A DNA stretch of 64,000 bases from Hyalangium minutum (GCF_000737315.1 NZ_JMCB01000004.1:310001-374000); one strand, 5' to 3'; positions 30,382-42,690 are shown, numbered from the stretch's first letter. A program made the numbers and translations. Notes: generated by a model from the letters alone, not told the origin.

Positions 30382-31770
30382 TCATGGCAGACCGAAGAGA
30401 CGGAGGACCCAAGGGCCTGTCAGTGTCACCACCAGGCAGCCGAGCACCATCAGGGGAAGCCCCACGCGCAGCAGGTCTCCGGAGTCCACGCCGCCCTCTC
30501 CGGCGACCATGGCGTTGGGCGGGGTGCTGATGACAAAGGGGATGCCGAAGGAGCAGCCCACGGCCACGAGGATGGGCATGGAGGCGGAGGGGAAGAGCTG
30601 CACGGCGATGGGGATGAGCAGCGCGGCCGTGCCGGTGTTGCTCATGAGGGCCGCCAGCACGGCGGCCAGGCTGACGAGCACTCCCGCCTGGGCCAGCTGG
30701 GGCCAGGTGCTCCAGTCCACGCCTCTCAGGGCCGTGGCCACCACGCCGGAGTGCTCCACCAGCCGCCCCAGAGCGATGCCCCCAGCGATGAGGATGAGGG
30801 TGGACCAATCCACCTTGCCCAGATCCTCGCGCCGCAGCAGGCCGGTGCCGAAGAGGGCCACCACGGCGCCCAGCGCCACCAGCGGCGCGGACAGACCGTG
30901 CAGGGGCTCGCTGAGCCACAGGGTGGCGCAGGCGGCGAACACGCCGAGCACCCAGCGCGCATGGGGGCTCAGCTTCTGGGCCGGGGCGGCGGGGAGCTCG
31001 AAGCGACCGCGGACCTTGTAGCCCACCACCAGGATGAAGAAGCCCACCCCGAGCATGAGCCCGGTGAGGGGGAGCGCGAAGGCCATCCACTGGACGAACG
31101 TCACATGGGCATAGGGCGCGGCCGCGGAGATGGCGATCCCATTGGGACCGGTGCCCACCGGCGTGGCCAGCCCTCCGAAGTTCGCCCCCAGGGCCACGGA
31201 CAGCAGCAGGGCCCGGCGCAGGGCCGCGTCCTGGGAGGACTGGAGCAGGGGTCGCAGGGAGGCGAGCATCATCGACGCGGCGGCGATGTTCGACATCCAC
31301 ATGGAGAGGAAGGCCACCCCGGCGATGATCAGCATCATCAGCAGGCGCCGGCTCCCGTGGGCCAGCCTCACCACGTGCTGCGCCACCGCTGCGTCCAGGC
31401 CGTGCCGCGAGGCGGCCACCTCCAGCGTGAAGCCACCCAGGAAGAGCGCGAGCACGGGATCGGCGCACCACGCGAACACGGCGGGCAGGCGGTAGCTGGT
31501 ATCCAGCGGGCCCAGCAGCGCGGCGGTGGCCCCGAGCAGCAGCAGGGTGGGGACGAAGGGGGGGACCAGCTCGGTGAGCCACAGCGTCAGGCACACGCCG
31601 GCAATCACGATCGAGCGGGCGATGATGGGGCTGTCCACGCTCAGCCATGCCACCAAGAGGCTCGCGGTGACGCCCGCCACGGCCGCGGCGGGGCGGATCC
31701 AGCTTCGAGGTGAGGAGGCCGGTGAGGCCGGGAGGGCCTCCGCGACTGCGGGGGAAGGGGGGGCGCTCAT
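30382..31770 (-). CDS. SLC13/DASS family anion:sodium symporter
   Basis: SMWMSN, GLATPVGTGPN, ALMSNT, FVISTPPNA motifs. Confidence 0.9.
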   Translation of the reverse strand: MSAPPSPAVAEALPASPASSPRSWIRPAAAVAGVTASLLVAWLSVDSPIIARSIVIAGVCLTLWLTELVPPFVPTLLLLGATAALLGPLDTSYRLPAVFAWCADPVLALFLGGFTLEVAASRHGLDAAVAQHVVRLAHGSRRLLMMLIIAGVAFLSMWMSNIAAASMMLASLRPLLQSSQDAALRRALLLSVALGANFGGLATPVGTGPNGIAISAAAPYAHVTFVQWMAFALPLTGLMLGVGFFILVVGYKVRGRFELPAAPAQKLSPHARWVLGVFAACATLWLSEPLHGLSAPLVALGAVVALFGTGLLRREDLGKVDWSTLILIAGGIALGRLVEHSGVVATALRGVDWSTWPQLAQAGVLVSLAAVLAALMSNTGTAALLIPIAVQLFPSASMPILVAVGCSFGIPFVISTPPNAMVAGEGGVDSGDLLRVGLPLMVLGCLVVTLTGPWVLRLFGLP

Positions 31771-31773
31771 CCG

Positions 31774-33126
31774 TTACTCATCCCGAGGAGGGCGGACGAT
31801 GAACACCGGCCGTGTGCCGTTCAGCAGCACCTCCTGGGCCACCGAGCCAGCCAGGGCGCGCGTCAGCCCCGAGCGCCCGTGGGTGGCCAGGCAGATGACA
31901 TCGCAGTCCAGCCGCTCAGCGGCCTGGCAGATGGCTTCAGAGACCTTGCGGCCAGTGATGAGCTCGATGCGCGAGGTGATGCCGCGCAGGGTGGCCTCGG
32001 GAGGGATGAGTGCGCGCAGCTCGGTGGAGAGCCGCTCTCGCTCGGCACGCTCGTCGGCGGAGGTGGGCTCTGGCAGGACATAGCCGGTGCCGACCGGAGG
32101 CGCTCCCGCAGGCGGAGACAGGACATGGAGCAGGTGCACGGTGCCGCCCGCCGGGGCCAGGGAGTAGGCGTGGCGCACCCCGCCGGAGCCCAGCTCGGAG
32201 AGATCCGTCGGAGCCAGCACCCGGCGCAGATGGGGAATGGTCCGCATCATGGCGGCGCTGGCGGGCACGCAGAGCACGGAGGAGGGCGAGTCATGCAGCA
32301 CCGTCTGCGAGACGGAGCCGTGCCACAACTTGCTCGTGCCGGAGCGCTGGTGCGTGCCCACGACCACCAGATCCACGGCCTCCTTGCGCGCCAACTGGAC
32401 CAACGCTTCGGAGGGGCGCCCCAGCCCGGGCTGCAAGTGCACCCAGACGGAGCCACTGCCGGGCATGTCACCCAGACGCGCGGTCAGATCGCGCCGGAGC
32501 GCCTGCTCGGCCTCGGGCGTCACCTCCGCCTCGGGAGAGAGGGGCAGGCCGTAGCGGGCATGTGCGTCCGCGCCCCAGTAATGGTGGGCGGCAATCACCT
32601 CGCACGGGCCCAGCGCCCTCATGCGCCGCACCCACGCCACCGCAGCATCCGACGGCCCCGAGAAGTTGAGCCCCAGGAGCAGGCGCAGCGAGCGCAACCC
32701 TGCTGCCCACGACTCGATGGGCTGGGGCGCCTTGAGCACCAGCACCGGGCAGCGCGCCGCCTGAACCACGCGATCCGCCACGCTGCCGATCCGCCACCGC
32801 GGCGCCCGCTGCCCATGGTGCGAGAGCACGATGAGTGAGGCGTGGACCTGCATGGCCAGCTCCACGAGCACCTCGTCTGGGGCGCCGTCCAGCAGGTGGC
32901 CCTTCACCTCGATGCCGCGCTTGCGGAGCTCGCCGGACTGCTGCTCCAGGCGCGCGGAGACCTCGCGTCGCATCGCATCCACGAGCGTGGCCGAGCTGAC
33001 AGCGCTCCCCAAGTCGAGGACGTGCACCAGGTGGAGTGGCTCACCCATCCGGCGGGCCAGGGCCGCCGCGGCGAGCGCCGCCACGGAGGCGTGCTCCGAG
33101 AAGTCCGTTCCGAAGACAATGGCCAT
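31774..33126 (-). CDS. Universal stress protein with three USP domains
   Basis: Start MAIVFGTDFS (33126); three repeats ending GSVADRV, GSVSQTV, GSVAQEV. Confidence 0.88.
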   Translation of the reverse strand: MAIVFGTDFSEHASVAALAAAALARRMGEPLHLVHVLDLGSAVSSATLVDAMRREVSARLEQQSGELRKRGIEVKGHLLDGAPDEVLVELAMQVHASLIVLSHHGQRAPRWRIGSVADRVVQAARCPVLVLKAPQPIESWAAGLRSLRLLLGLNFSGPSDAAVAWVRRMRALGPCEVIAAHHYWGADAHARYGLPLSPEAEVTPEAEQALRRDLTARLGDMPGSGSVWVHLQPGLGRPSEALVQLARKEAVDLVVVGTHQRSGTSKLWHGSVSQTVLHDSPSSVLCVPASAAMMRTIPHLRRVLAPTDLSELGSGGVRHAYSLAPAGGTVHLLHVLSPPAGAPPVGTGYVLPEPTSADERAERERLSTELRALIPPEATLRGITSRIELITGRKVSEAICQAAERLDCDVICLATHGRSGLTRALAGSVAQEVLLNGTRPVFIVRPPRDE

Positions 33127-33167
33127 GGGCGCTCGTGCCTTTCGAGGTGGGGAGGCTCGGGAGAGGG

Positions 33168-33599
33168 CTACTCCTCGTACTCGGCGGCCTCGCTCATGCG
33201 GTCCAGGTCGGCGATGAGGTGCTGCGCGTAGCGGACCAGATCCGCCTCCGTGAGGATGCCCACCAGGGTGCCGCCCTCGCCGACGACGGGCAGGCAGCCG
33301 AACTTGTTGTCGAGCATCACCTTCACGGCATCCCTCAGGGGTGTCTCCGGCCCGACCGTGCGCACCTGGCGGCTCATGATGTCCGAGGCCCACAGGGGCT
33401 GCTTGACGGGATCCGGGCACTTGAGGCCCGTGGCCTTCATCAAGTCGCGATGGGTGATGAGGCCCACGAGCTTGCCCTCACGCACCACGGGCAGGTGGCG
33501 GATGCGGTTCAGGCGGAGCAGCTCATCCGCGACTGCGAGGTTCTGGGTCTCCTTCAGGGTCACCAGCTCTCGGGTCATCAGCTCGCTAACGATCTTCAT
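33168..33599 (-). CDS. CBS domain pair protein
   Basis: RHLPVV...GLITHRD and GCLPVV...GILTEAD. Confidence 0.9.
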   Translation of the reverse strand: MKIVSELMTRELVTLKETQNLAVADELLRLNRIRHLPVVREGKLVGLITHRDLMKATGLKCPDPVKQPLWASDIMSRQVRTVGPETPLRDAVKVMLDNKFGCLPVVGEGGTLVGILTEADLVRYAQHLIADLDRMSEAAEYEE

Positions 33600-33642
33600 A
33601 GGTCAGGTCGCTCCAAGGACAGCAAGTCGTGAAGGCCCCTTA

Positions 33643-33658
33643 TGCACAATCGGATCCA
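33643..33658 (-). promoter_or_regulatory. Weak candidate sigma54 promoter for the CBS-USP-DASS operon
   Basis: Minus strand TGGATCCGATTGTGCA has GG-N10-GC about 45 nt upstream of ATG 33599 but several mismatches. Confidence 0.3.
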
Positions 33659-33789
33659 AGCCCCGGGCTCCCTGAAGGACGGTGGGGTTGGCTGGGAGTG
33701 CACGCAAGGTTTGCGCGGGTGCCTGCTACCCCGCAGAACTTGCGCCCCGGGGTTGCCGCGGCAGACCCCGTGGGGTACATCGCCCCCGT

Positions 33790-35808
<2,019 letters not shown>

Positions 35809-35910
35809 GAACCCGGCGTTGATTGTCCGTCACGTGACAGGGGAGGCCCTCGTTGACTAAAAGGGGGTGAGGCGCGGTACGCGTCTCACCGACTTTTGAG
35901 GGGCTGTGTC

Positions 35911-36294
35911 ATGGATCAGCAGCAGAGAGAGCAGTCGTTCCTGACGGGTTCACCGGCGCCGACCCAGGACGAGAAGACCTGGGGCATGCTGGCGCACCTG
36001 AGCGGGATCTTCGCGAGCTTCATCACGCTTCCGTTCCTGGGCCCGCTCCTGGTCATGCTCATCAAGGGCAAGGAGTCGAAGTGGGTCGAGGCGCAGGCCA
36101 AGGAGGCCCTCAACTTCACGATCACCGTGACGATCGTCGTCTGGATCGGCATCCTCGGCTCGTGCCTGATCATCCCGGCCATCCTCGCCTTGGTGGTCGG
36201 GATCGCCGCCTTCGTCCTCAACATCATCGGCGCGATGAAGGCCAATAACGGGGAGATGTACCGCTACCCGGCCAACATCCGGCTGTTGAAGTAA
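35911..36294 (+). CDS. DUF4870/Tic20-like membrane protein
   Basis: WGMLAHLS, GPLLVML, QAKEALNF, YRYP. Confidence 0.85.
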   Translation: MDQQQREQSFLTGSPAPTQDEKTWGMLAHLSGIFASFITLPFLGPLLVMLIKGKESKWVEAQAKEALNFTITVTIVVWIGILGSCLIIPAILALVVGIAAFVLNIIGAMKANNGEMYRYPANIRLLK

Positions 36295-36303
36295 GGGCGG
36301 GCC

Positions 36304-37329
36304 TCAGCCGCCGATGCCCATCATGGGCAGCAGGGTGGACGCGCTACCGGCCTCTGTGAACCGGTGGCCGTCCGGCTTCTCTCCCAGGGCACGGCGGACG
36401 GCCAAGGCCAGCTCCGCATCCGAGGCGCCGCCGCGGATGAGCTGGTGCAGCGGCGCCTGGGCGCGCCCGCCGAGGCAGCTGCGCAGGTCTCCATTGGAGG
36501 CCACGCGCACGCGGTTGCATCCGCCGCAGAAGTTCTGGGTGAGCGGAGAGATGAAGCCCACGCGGCCCGTGGGCGAGCGCCAGTAGCGCGCCGGGCCCGA
36601 GGTGATGCTGGCGGCGGCGCTGAGGGTGTCCTCTGGCTCGGTGGCAAGCGGCACGCCCGCGGCCTGGATCTGCTCGACGAGCTCCGCGCTCGGCACGGGC
36701 GTGCCCTGGCCGAAGGGCATCAGCTCGATGAAGCGCGGGGTGATGCCGCGCTCGTGGGCGTAGCGGACGAGGGCCGGGGCTTCGCTGTCGTTGACGCCGC
36801 GCATGACGACGACGTTGAGCTTGAGCGAGTCGTAGCCTGCCCGAGCGGCGGCATCGATACCGCGCAGCGTGGCGGCGAAGTCTCCCTGCTTGGAGATGCG
36901 GCGGAAGGTCTCCTCGGAGAGCGTGTCCAAGCTCATGTTGAGCTGGCTGACGCCGGCCTCGCGCAGGGGAGCGGCGAGGCGCTCGAGGTGGCTGGCGTTG
37001 GTGGTGATGGCCACGCGCTGCACACCGGGAGTGGTGGAGATGCGCTGGGCTATCTCCAGGATGTCCGGGCGGATGAGCGGCTCACCGCCCGTGAGCCGCA
37101 CGCGCTGGATGCCCATGCTCGCGAAGACGGAGACGATGCGGGCGAACTCGGCGGGGGAGAGCAGGTCCTTCTTGCCGCCCCAGGAAGCGGGCGAGCAGTA
37201 CGTGCACCGGAAGTTGCAGCGGTCGGTGATGCTCAGCCGCAGGTACGTCATCCGCCGCCCCTGCGCGTCCAAGAGAGGTGGAGCGAGTGGGTCTCGCAGG
37301 GGCACGGCGGCTGTCGGCAGAGGCGTCAT
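36304..37329 (-). CDS. moaA: GTP 3',8-cyclase
   Basis: YLRLSITDRCNFRCTYC, RLTGGEP, FCGGCNRVR...LRSCL. Confidence 0.95.
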   Translation of the reverse strand: MTPLPTAAVPLRDPLAPPLLDAQGRRMTYLRLSITDRCNFRCTYCSPASWGGKKDLLSPAEFARIVSVFASMGIQRVRLTGGEPLIRPDILEIAQRISTTPGVQRVAITTNASHLERLAAPLREAGVSQLNMSLDTLSEETFRRISKQGDFAATLRGIDAAARAGYDSLKLNVVVMRGVNDSEAPALVRYAHERGITPRFIELMPFGQGTPVPSAELVEQIQAAGVPLATEPEDTLSAAASITSGPARYWRSPTGRVGFISPLTQNFCGGCNRVRVASNGDLRSCLGGRAQAPLHQLIRGGASDAELALAVRRALGEKPDGHRFTEAGSASTLLPMMGIGG

Positions 37330-37395
37330 CGGAGGGGGGAAGGGCGGAAGTGCGGGGGACTATGGTCCTGATAACGCGGGGATGCACGCGTTGCT

Positions 37396-38208
37396 TCACT
37401 CTGGAAGTGAGGTTTCGAACCCATCGTACTCACCTGCGTGCTCCGCGGCGAGATGCTCCAATTCCTCACGGATGGAAATAGCCTCCCCGCCGCCTGGGCT
37501 TAGGAGGTGTTCGACGAGGACCAGCCAGTTCTTTTCGTCCGCCCCCTGGCGGCTCTCCACGGTGAACCCGCGCCGGCGCAGCTCGGCCGCCACGCTCCTG
37601 CCCACGGTGGCCTGCGGGAAGTAGAGATAGTGGCGCATGCGCGGCGATTGACCCTGGGTGGCCGCGTGCGGAGTGTGGAGTCCAGCCGGTCCAAGGCGCT
37701 TCGCGTGCTCGTGCTCTGGATGCCACTGCTCGGAGAGACGCTGCACCAGGAACTCGTGGTTCCACATCTCCGCGAGCGACAGGCGCTTCTCCTCGGGGGT
37801 AAGCGCTCTGTTCAAGAGGGTTTCCCGCGTGCCCTCCTCCAGCCACCACTTCGTCACCGTGCCTTCCCGTGTGATGAAGCCAGGCCTCAGAATGGCGCGT
37901 GGCGCCTCGAGGCCTGCAGGAATCGGGTAATGGGCTACCACCTCGGCAAGCCCGTGCCGAACCGCGTGGCTGACCAGGTAGAAGGCGAAGTAGCCCTCAT
38001 GGGTGGACAGGGCCTCCAACTTCTCTGGAGCAGGCCTCTCTGGGAAGAGGCCTGGAAGGACGCGAACCGTATCCATGTAAGAGGGATGCTTGGAGGCGTA
38101 CTGCAGATAGGCCAGTCCGGCCGGGGTGCGCACCTCGACGATATCGCCGAAGCGCACCTGCTTCCGCGCGGGGGACTTCTTAGTCCGCTTGGTAGTCGAT
38201 GGACTCAA
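37396..38208 (-). CDS. Putative immunity protein (Imm26-like N-terminus, RraB-like C-terminus)
   Basis: TTG start overlapping the toxin remnant; 'FGDIVEV...LAYLQY' N-part and 'HYLYFP...AAELRRRGF...AGEYDGFET' RraB-like C-part. Confidence 0.6.
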   Translation of the reverse strand: MSPSTTKRTKKSPARKQVRFGDIVEVRTPAGLAYLQYASKHPSYMDTVRVLPGLFPERPAPEKLEALSTHEGYFAFYLVSHAVRHGLAEVVAHYPIPAGLEAPRAILRPGFITREGTVTKWWLEEGTRETLLNRALTPEEKRLSLAEMWNHEFLVQRLSEQWHPEHEHAKRLGPAGLHTPHAATQGQSPRMRHYLYFPQATVGRSVAAELRRRGFTVESRQGADEKNWLVLVEHLLSPGGGEAISIREELEHLAAEHAGEYDGFETSLPE

Positions 38209-38720
38209 GCAGTTTCTTCCCCCGACGTAAGAGGTCGGCGTACCGCGGATTGGACCGAGCGATGCTGTTGATCCGGTTCAGCAGTGTGCCTCCGTTCTTC
38301 TGAAGGCCATAAAGCTCAATGAGGACCTGCTCGACCGCTCGGGCATCCTCTCGGGAGAGCCCCTTCATCGTCCGCTCGCGCCGGCTCCGAGCTCAAGGGA
38401 ACAGCGGAGACGTCCTCTTCGGTACCTACGGAGACGAGCCCCAGACGTCCCCTGACTCCTGCATACGCGCCGCTTCGAGAGGGGGTCCACCACAGGCGCC
38501 TTGCCTCTGAGAGAGGGTGAGGAGAGGTTCGTACCTCGGGGGCCCACGTGCTGAGGGCAGCCTTGAGGTCCGCGGCGTCTACCTCGATGGCGGTGCGGTC
38601 ACCCTCTGAAAGGTGAACGATGCTCGGCTGCGGCTCCGTCTCCACTTGCAGCACCTGTGAGGAGGTGCTGCAGGCGGCCAGAAATGCGAGCAAAAGCGCG
38701 GCGGGGAAACGGCGCTTCAT
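38180..38720 (-). pseudogene. Internally deleted SitA5-like lipoprotein polymorphic toxin
   Basis: 38720-~38370 encodes lipobox FLAAC plus a SitA-like N-terminus; in another frame 38368-38180 encodes LSREDARAVEQVLIE...GTLLNRINSIARSNP.YA.LLRRG, a toxin-type C-terminus; the central part is missing and the frames do not join. Confidence 0.65.
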
Positions 38721-38753
38721 GCGGAGGCCTCTCCCAAAAACTGGAGAGGCTGC

Positions 38754-39971
38754 TCAGGCGACCTTGTTACCAGAGAAGGGCGGGGTGGGCGTCGGGGTGG
38801 ACGGCGAGGGCGCTGGCGTCAGCTCCAGGTCGTCCTCCTCGCTGAGCCGCTCGAGCTCCGCCTCGGCCTCCTGGGCCTGTGCCTCGACCTCGGGAGGCTT
38901 GAGCTTGCGCTCGGCCATCTCCAGCTTGATGCGGACCAGGCCTTCCTCGCCAATGTCCAGGAACGCCCGTACCACCTCGGGATCGAACTGCGTGTTGGCG
39001 CAGCGCTTGATCTCCTGGATGGCGTTGGCGAACGTCGTTCCCTTGCGGTACGGCCGGTCGCTCGTCATCGCGTCCAGCGTGTCCGCCACCGCGAAGATGC
39101 GCGCGCCGATGTGGATCTCGTTCTTCTGCAGGTTGCGCGGGTAGCCCGCGCCATCCCACCGCTCCTGGTGCGACAGCACGATCTGCGCCGGCGTGTCCAG
39201 GAAGGGGATGCTCCGGATCATCTGGAAGCCGATGTCCGGGTGCTTGCGCATCTCCAGCCACTCGTCCGGCGTCAGCTTGCCCGGCTTGAGCAACACCGCG
39301 TCCGGCACGCCGATCTTCCCGATGTCATGCAGCAGCGCGCCGCGGCCGATCTCCTCCATCTCCTTGCCGGCAATGCCCATCCGCGTCGCGATGGCCGAGG
39401 TGTAGCTCACCACGCGCTGCGAGTGGTCCGACGTCTCATGCTCACGCGCGTCCAGCGCGGCCACCAGCGCCAGCAGCGTGTTCTGGTACGTGTTGGCGAT
39501 GTCGCGCAGCGCGGTGTGCAGCTCCGCGGTGCGGACGCGCACCTTGTGCTCCAGCTTCTTCTGGTAGCGCTTGCGCGCCAGCTCGATGCGGCGCTTGGCC
39601 AGCGCACGCTCGATGGCGCGGATGAGATCCGTCAGCTTGGGTGGCTTGAGCAGATAGTCCACCGCGCCTCGGCGCAGACAGTCCACGGCGGACTCGGTGT
39701 CGCCGTAGCCCGTGAGCATGATGACCGAGGTGTCCGGGTGGCGCTCGCGCAGATTCTCGAGCAGCCAGAGACCGTCCCGGCCCGGCATCTTCATGTCACT
39801 GATGACCAGGGGCGTCTCTGCTTCGGTGGCCAGATCGAGCGCCATCTCGGCGCCGCTGGCGACCACGCAGTTGTAGCCCTCCTCCGTGAGGAGGACGGAG
39901 ATGACATCGCGGACGGAGTCATCGTCGTCCACGATCAGGATGCGAGGAGGGGCAGGGGGAATGGCTTCCAC
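38754..39971 (-). CDS. REC + HD-GYP cyclic-dinucleotide phosphodiesterase (RpfG-like)
   Basis: DMKMPG receiver, HSQRV, HDIGK, HQERWDGAGYP, DRPYRK. Confidence 0.92.
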   Translation of the reverse strand: MEAIPPAPPRILIVDDDDSVRDVISVLLTEEGYNCVVASGAEMALDLATEAETPLVISDMKMPGRDGLWLLENLRERHPDTSVIMLTGYGDTESAVDCLRRGAVDYLLKPPKLTDLIRAIERALAKRRIELARKRYQKKLEHKVRVRTAELHTALRDIANTYQNTLLALVAALDAREHETSDHSQRVVSYTSAIATRMGIAGKEMEEIGRGALLHDIGKIGVPDAVLLKPGKLTPDEWLEMRKHPDIGFQMIRSIPFLDTPAQIVLSHQERWDGAGYPRNLQKNEIHIGARIFAVADTLDAMTSDRPYRKGTTFANAIQEIKRCANTQFDPEVVRAFLDIGEEGLVRIKLEMAERKLKPPEVEAQAQEAEAELERLSEEDDLELTPAPSPSTPTPTPPFSGNKVA

Positions 39972-40078
39972 GGGAGGGATTCTAGAGGTTTCCGGGTTTC
40001 GATCGCCAATAGGTACGAGAACTTACCACCTTCCCTGCCTTCCTGGTTACCCCCCGATACAGGGTGCAGCAGGTTGCT

Positions 40079-41197
40079 TCACATGGGGGCCCTAACACTG
40101 AACCGGTCATACCGGAAGTGCGAGAGATCAAGGGAAGGACGTTCTCCCAGCAGACACTGCGTCAAGAGTTTCGCGGTGATGGGAGCCAGGAGGATGCCGT
40201 TGCGAAAGTGGCCGGTGGCCAGGAAGAGGCCAGGCAAGGGGCCGGGCCCCAGGATGGGGAGCTTATCCTCCGTGTAAGGGCGGAAGCCGGCCCAGGTGCT
40301 GGTGACGGAGGCGGTGGCCAGGGCGGGGCACAGCTCCTGGGCCATGGCGAGGATGCGAGCGAGGCCCTCGGCGGTGACCTGCTTGTCGAAGCCGGCGAAC
40401 TCCATGGTGCTGCCAGCGATGAGGCGCCCGTCCGTGCGAGGGACGAGATAGCCCTTCTCGGAGGTGAGGATGTGCGTGGTGACGGGGAGCCGCGTCTGCA
40501 GCTCGATCATCTGTCCTCGGGCAGGGCGGACGACGTGAGGATCCAGTGCGGTGCCGTGGACGAGCCCCGACCAGGAGCCTGCGGCGACGATGACGGCGCC
40601 GGCAGAGAGGAGATCGCCATCAAGATCAACGCCGGCGGCGCGCCCGTTCTGCTCGATGACACCGCGCACGTAGCCGCTGCGGAAGGTGGCGCCGACGCGG
40701 GCCGCAGCCATCGAGAGGGCACGGACGAGGAGCCGGTTGTCGACCTGGTGATCGTCGGGGAAGTGCGCGGCGGCGAGAGCGTGGGGGGAGAGCTTGGGCT
40801 CGAACTCGCGGGCCTGCTTTCCATCGAGCAGGTCCGCGCGCAGGCCGAGCGCCTTCTGCCAGGCGACGGTGGCCTCCAGGTGGTGGATCTCCGCTTCATT
40901 GAAGCCGGCCTTGAGGACGCCGCAGGGGAGATAGGCGATGTCCACGCCGGTGAGCTCGCGCAGCTCGGCGGCGAGGGCGCCGTAGAGCGCGCGGCTGCGG
41001 AGGCAGAGCTCGAGGAATGGGCCAGGGCCGTCGGACTCCATCTGAGGAGCGAGAATGCCGGCGGCGGCGCTGGAAGCTTCAGCGCCGGGGATGGAGCGCT
41101 CCAGCACGGTGACCTTCATGCCGGCCTGGCGCAGGCGCAGGGCGATGCCGCAGCCCATAACACCGCCGCCCACGATGATGACGTCCGGAAGACTCAT
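40079..41197 (-). CDS. thiO: Glycine oxidase ThiO / DAO-family FAD oxidoreductase
   Basis: GGGVMG, ASSAAAGIL, AAGSW, WAGFRP, GHFRNGILLAP. Confidence 0.8.
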   Translation of the reverse strand: MSLPDVIIVGGGVMGCGIALRLRQAGMKVTVLERSIPGAEASSAAAGILAPQMESDGPGPFLELCLRSRALYGALAAELRELTGVDIAYLPCGVLKAGFNEAEIHHLEATVAWQKALGLRADLLDGKQAREFEPKLSPHALAAAHFPDDHQVDNRLLVRALSMAAARVGATFRSGYVRGVIEQNGRAAGVDLDGDLLSAGAVIVAAGSWSGLVHGTALDPHVVRPARGQMIELQTRLPVTTHILTSEKGYLVPRTDGRLIAGSTMEFAGFDKQVTAEGLARILAMAQELCPALATASVTSTWAGFRPYTEDKLPILGPGPLPGLFLATGHFRNGILLAPITAKLLTQCLLGERPSLDLSHFRYDRFSVRAPM

Positions 41198-41286
41198 GGG
41201 CGGGTTTCTGCGGCTTCACTGGCGTGTTTTCAAGCGCTCCTTCGCGGATGGCCCTTAGCAACTACTCCTAGAGCGCAACGCCCCTA

Positions 41287-42690
41287 CTACCGCTCTCCAG
41301 TGTTCGAGGGACGTGGCGGAGCCCCGACGGGCACGTAGCACCGCTTTCTCCACTCATAGGCGAACGCGCCGCAGGGCGGGGACGCATTCCCCAAGACGTA
41401 CCAACAAGCCCCGTTGATCTCGATCTGAGGCCCTTGGCACGGAGGATGGCGCTGGCCGGGCAGAGGCTCCGAGGGCAACGGCGCGGTGATGCCGTTGTGG
41501 GGCCTGTACTCCAAGGTGACCAGCGGCTGCGCGAGGGCTGCCTCTCCCAAGTTTGAGGGGAACGCTTCCTGTGCTGGTGCCTCGGCCGCCTGCGCGTACT
41601 CCGCCGGGGCCGCGGGCGGTTCGTGGGGGCGCATGGCCAACAGGCCCGCGCCGCCAGCGCCAATCAACGCCCACATGGTCATGTTCTTGAGCTTCTTTCG
41701 CCACGGCAGGTCATCCAGCGAGTCCACGATCATCGTCGCCGGCCCCGTGGGCCTCAGGGGCATCTTCGCGATGATGGGCTGGTCCGCCTCCGGGCCTTCG
41801 TTGATCGATGCCAGAGACATCCCCGTGGCCACCTCCGCCACGGTGCCGCGCTCCTCGGGTTCGACGATGAGCATCTGCCGGATCCAGCGCGCCAGCTCCG
41901 GGCTCAGCTGAACCAGTGCATCCGCGGGCACGATCTCCGGGAAGTGGGAGAAGTAATCCTCGATGTCGTCATCCGTTCCGACGTCCTCGGCGATGAGCGG
42001 GTAGCGTCCCGTCGCCAGGCGATACGCCGTGACGCCCAAGGCATACAAGTCATCCGAGGGCGTCGACTCGTAGCGGGCACCCGTGTGGCGGCGGTGCCTC
42101 CACTGGTGAAGCTGCGACTGTGGGCTCTGGTACTCCGGCGTGCCCGGATGCTCGACCTGGCGGGTGAGCATGGGCGCCCCGCGATAGGTGCAGGACCCGA
42201 AGCCCACCAGCACCGTGCGCCCGTCCTCGGGACGCACCAGGAGGTGGTCTCCCTTGATGTCGCGGTGAAGCCCACCCGCGGCGTGGACCGCCTGGATGGC
42301 GCTCGCGGCCTGGGCCAACACGCGCAGCAGCTCCCGAGGACGGCGGGTCTGGAGGCGAGCCCACGAATACAGGGGCAGCCCCTCCACGAAGTCCATGACG
42401 AAGAAGGGGTACTCCGCGCCACTCGGGCTGCTCCACCGGCCGGAGTCATGCAGGCGGGGCACGTTCGAGTGGACCGTGCGCGAGAGCAGCTCAATCTCCA
42501 GGGCGAAGCAAGGATCATTCGGCCGCAGCGCGAGCTTGAGGGCGAACGGTCCAGTTTCCGGTTGCACGCTGTGCTCTACGCGGAAGACCACGCCCTGCGC
42601 TCCCTGGGCAATGAGCCCCAGGAGACGCCAGGGACCGACGAGCGAGCCAGGACGAAGGGAAGCGGGATGGACAGCATGAGAAATCTCCAA
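41287..42690 (-). CDS. Myxobacterial membrane Ser/Thr kinase-like protein, probable pseudokinase
   Basis: HRDIKGDH (N to H), LVGFG (DFG to GFG), GTPEYQSP, DDLYALG, TM helix and Cys-rich C-terminus. Confidence 0.75.
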   Translation of the reverse strand: MEISHAVHPASLRPGSLVGPWRLLGLIAQGAQGVVFRVEHSVQPETGPFALKLALRPNDPCFALEIELLSRTVHSNVPRLHDSGRWSSPSGAEYPFFVMDFVEGLPLYSWARLQTRRPRELLRVLAQAASAIQAVHAAGGLHRDIKGDHLLVRPEDGRTVLVGFGSCTYRGAPMLTRQVEHPGTPEYQSPQSQLHQWRHRRHTGARYESTPSDDLYALGVTAYRLATGRYPLIAEDVGTDDDIEDYFSHFPEIVPADALVQLSPELARWIRQMLIVEPEERGTVAEVATGMSLASINEGPEADQPIIAKMPLRPTGPATMIVDSLDDLPWRKKLKNMTMWALIGAGGAGLLAMRPHEPPAAPAEYAQAAEAPAQEAFPSNLGEAALAQPLVTLEYRPHNGITAPLPSEPLPGQRHPPCQGPQIEINGACWYVLGNASPPCGAFAYEWRKRCYVPVGAPPRPSNTGER

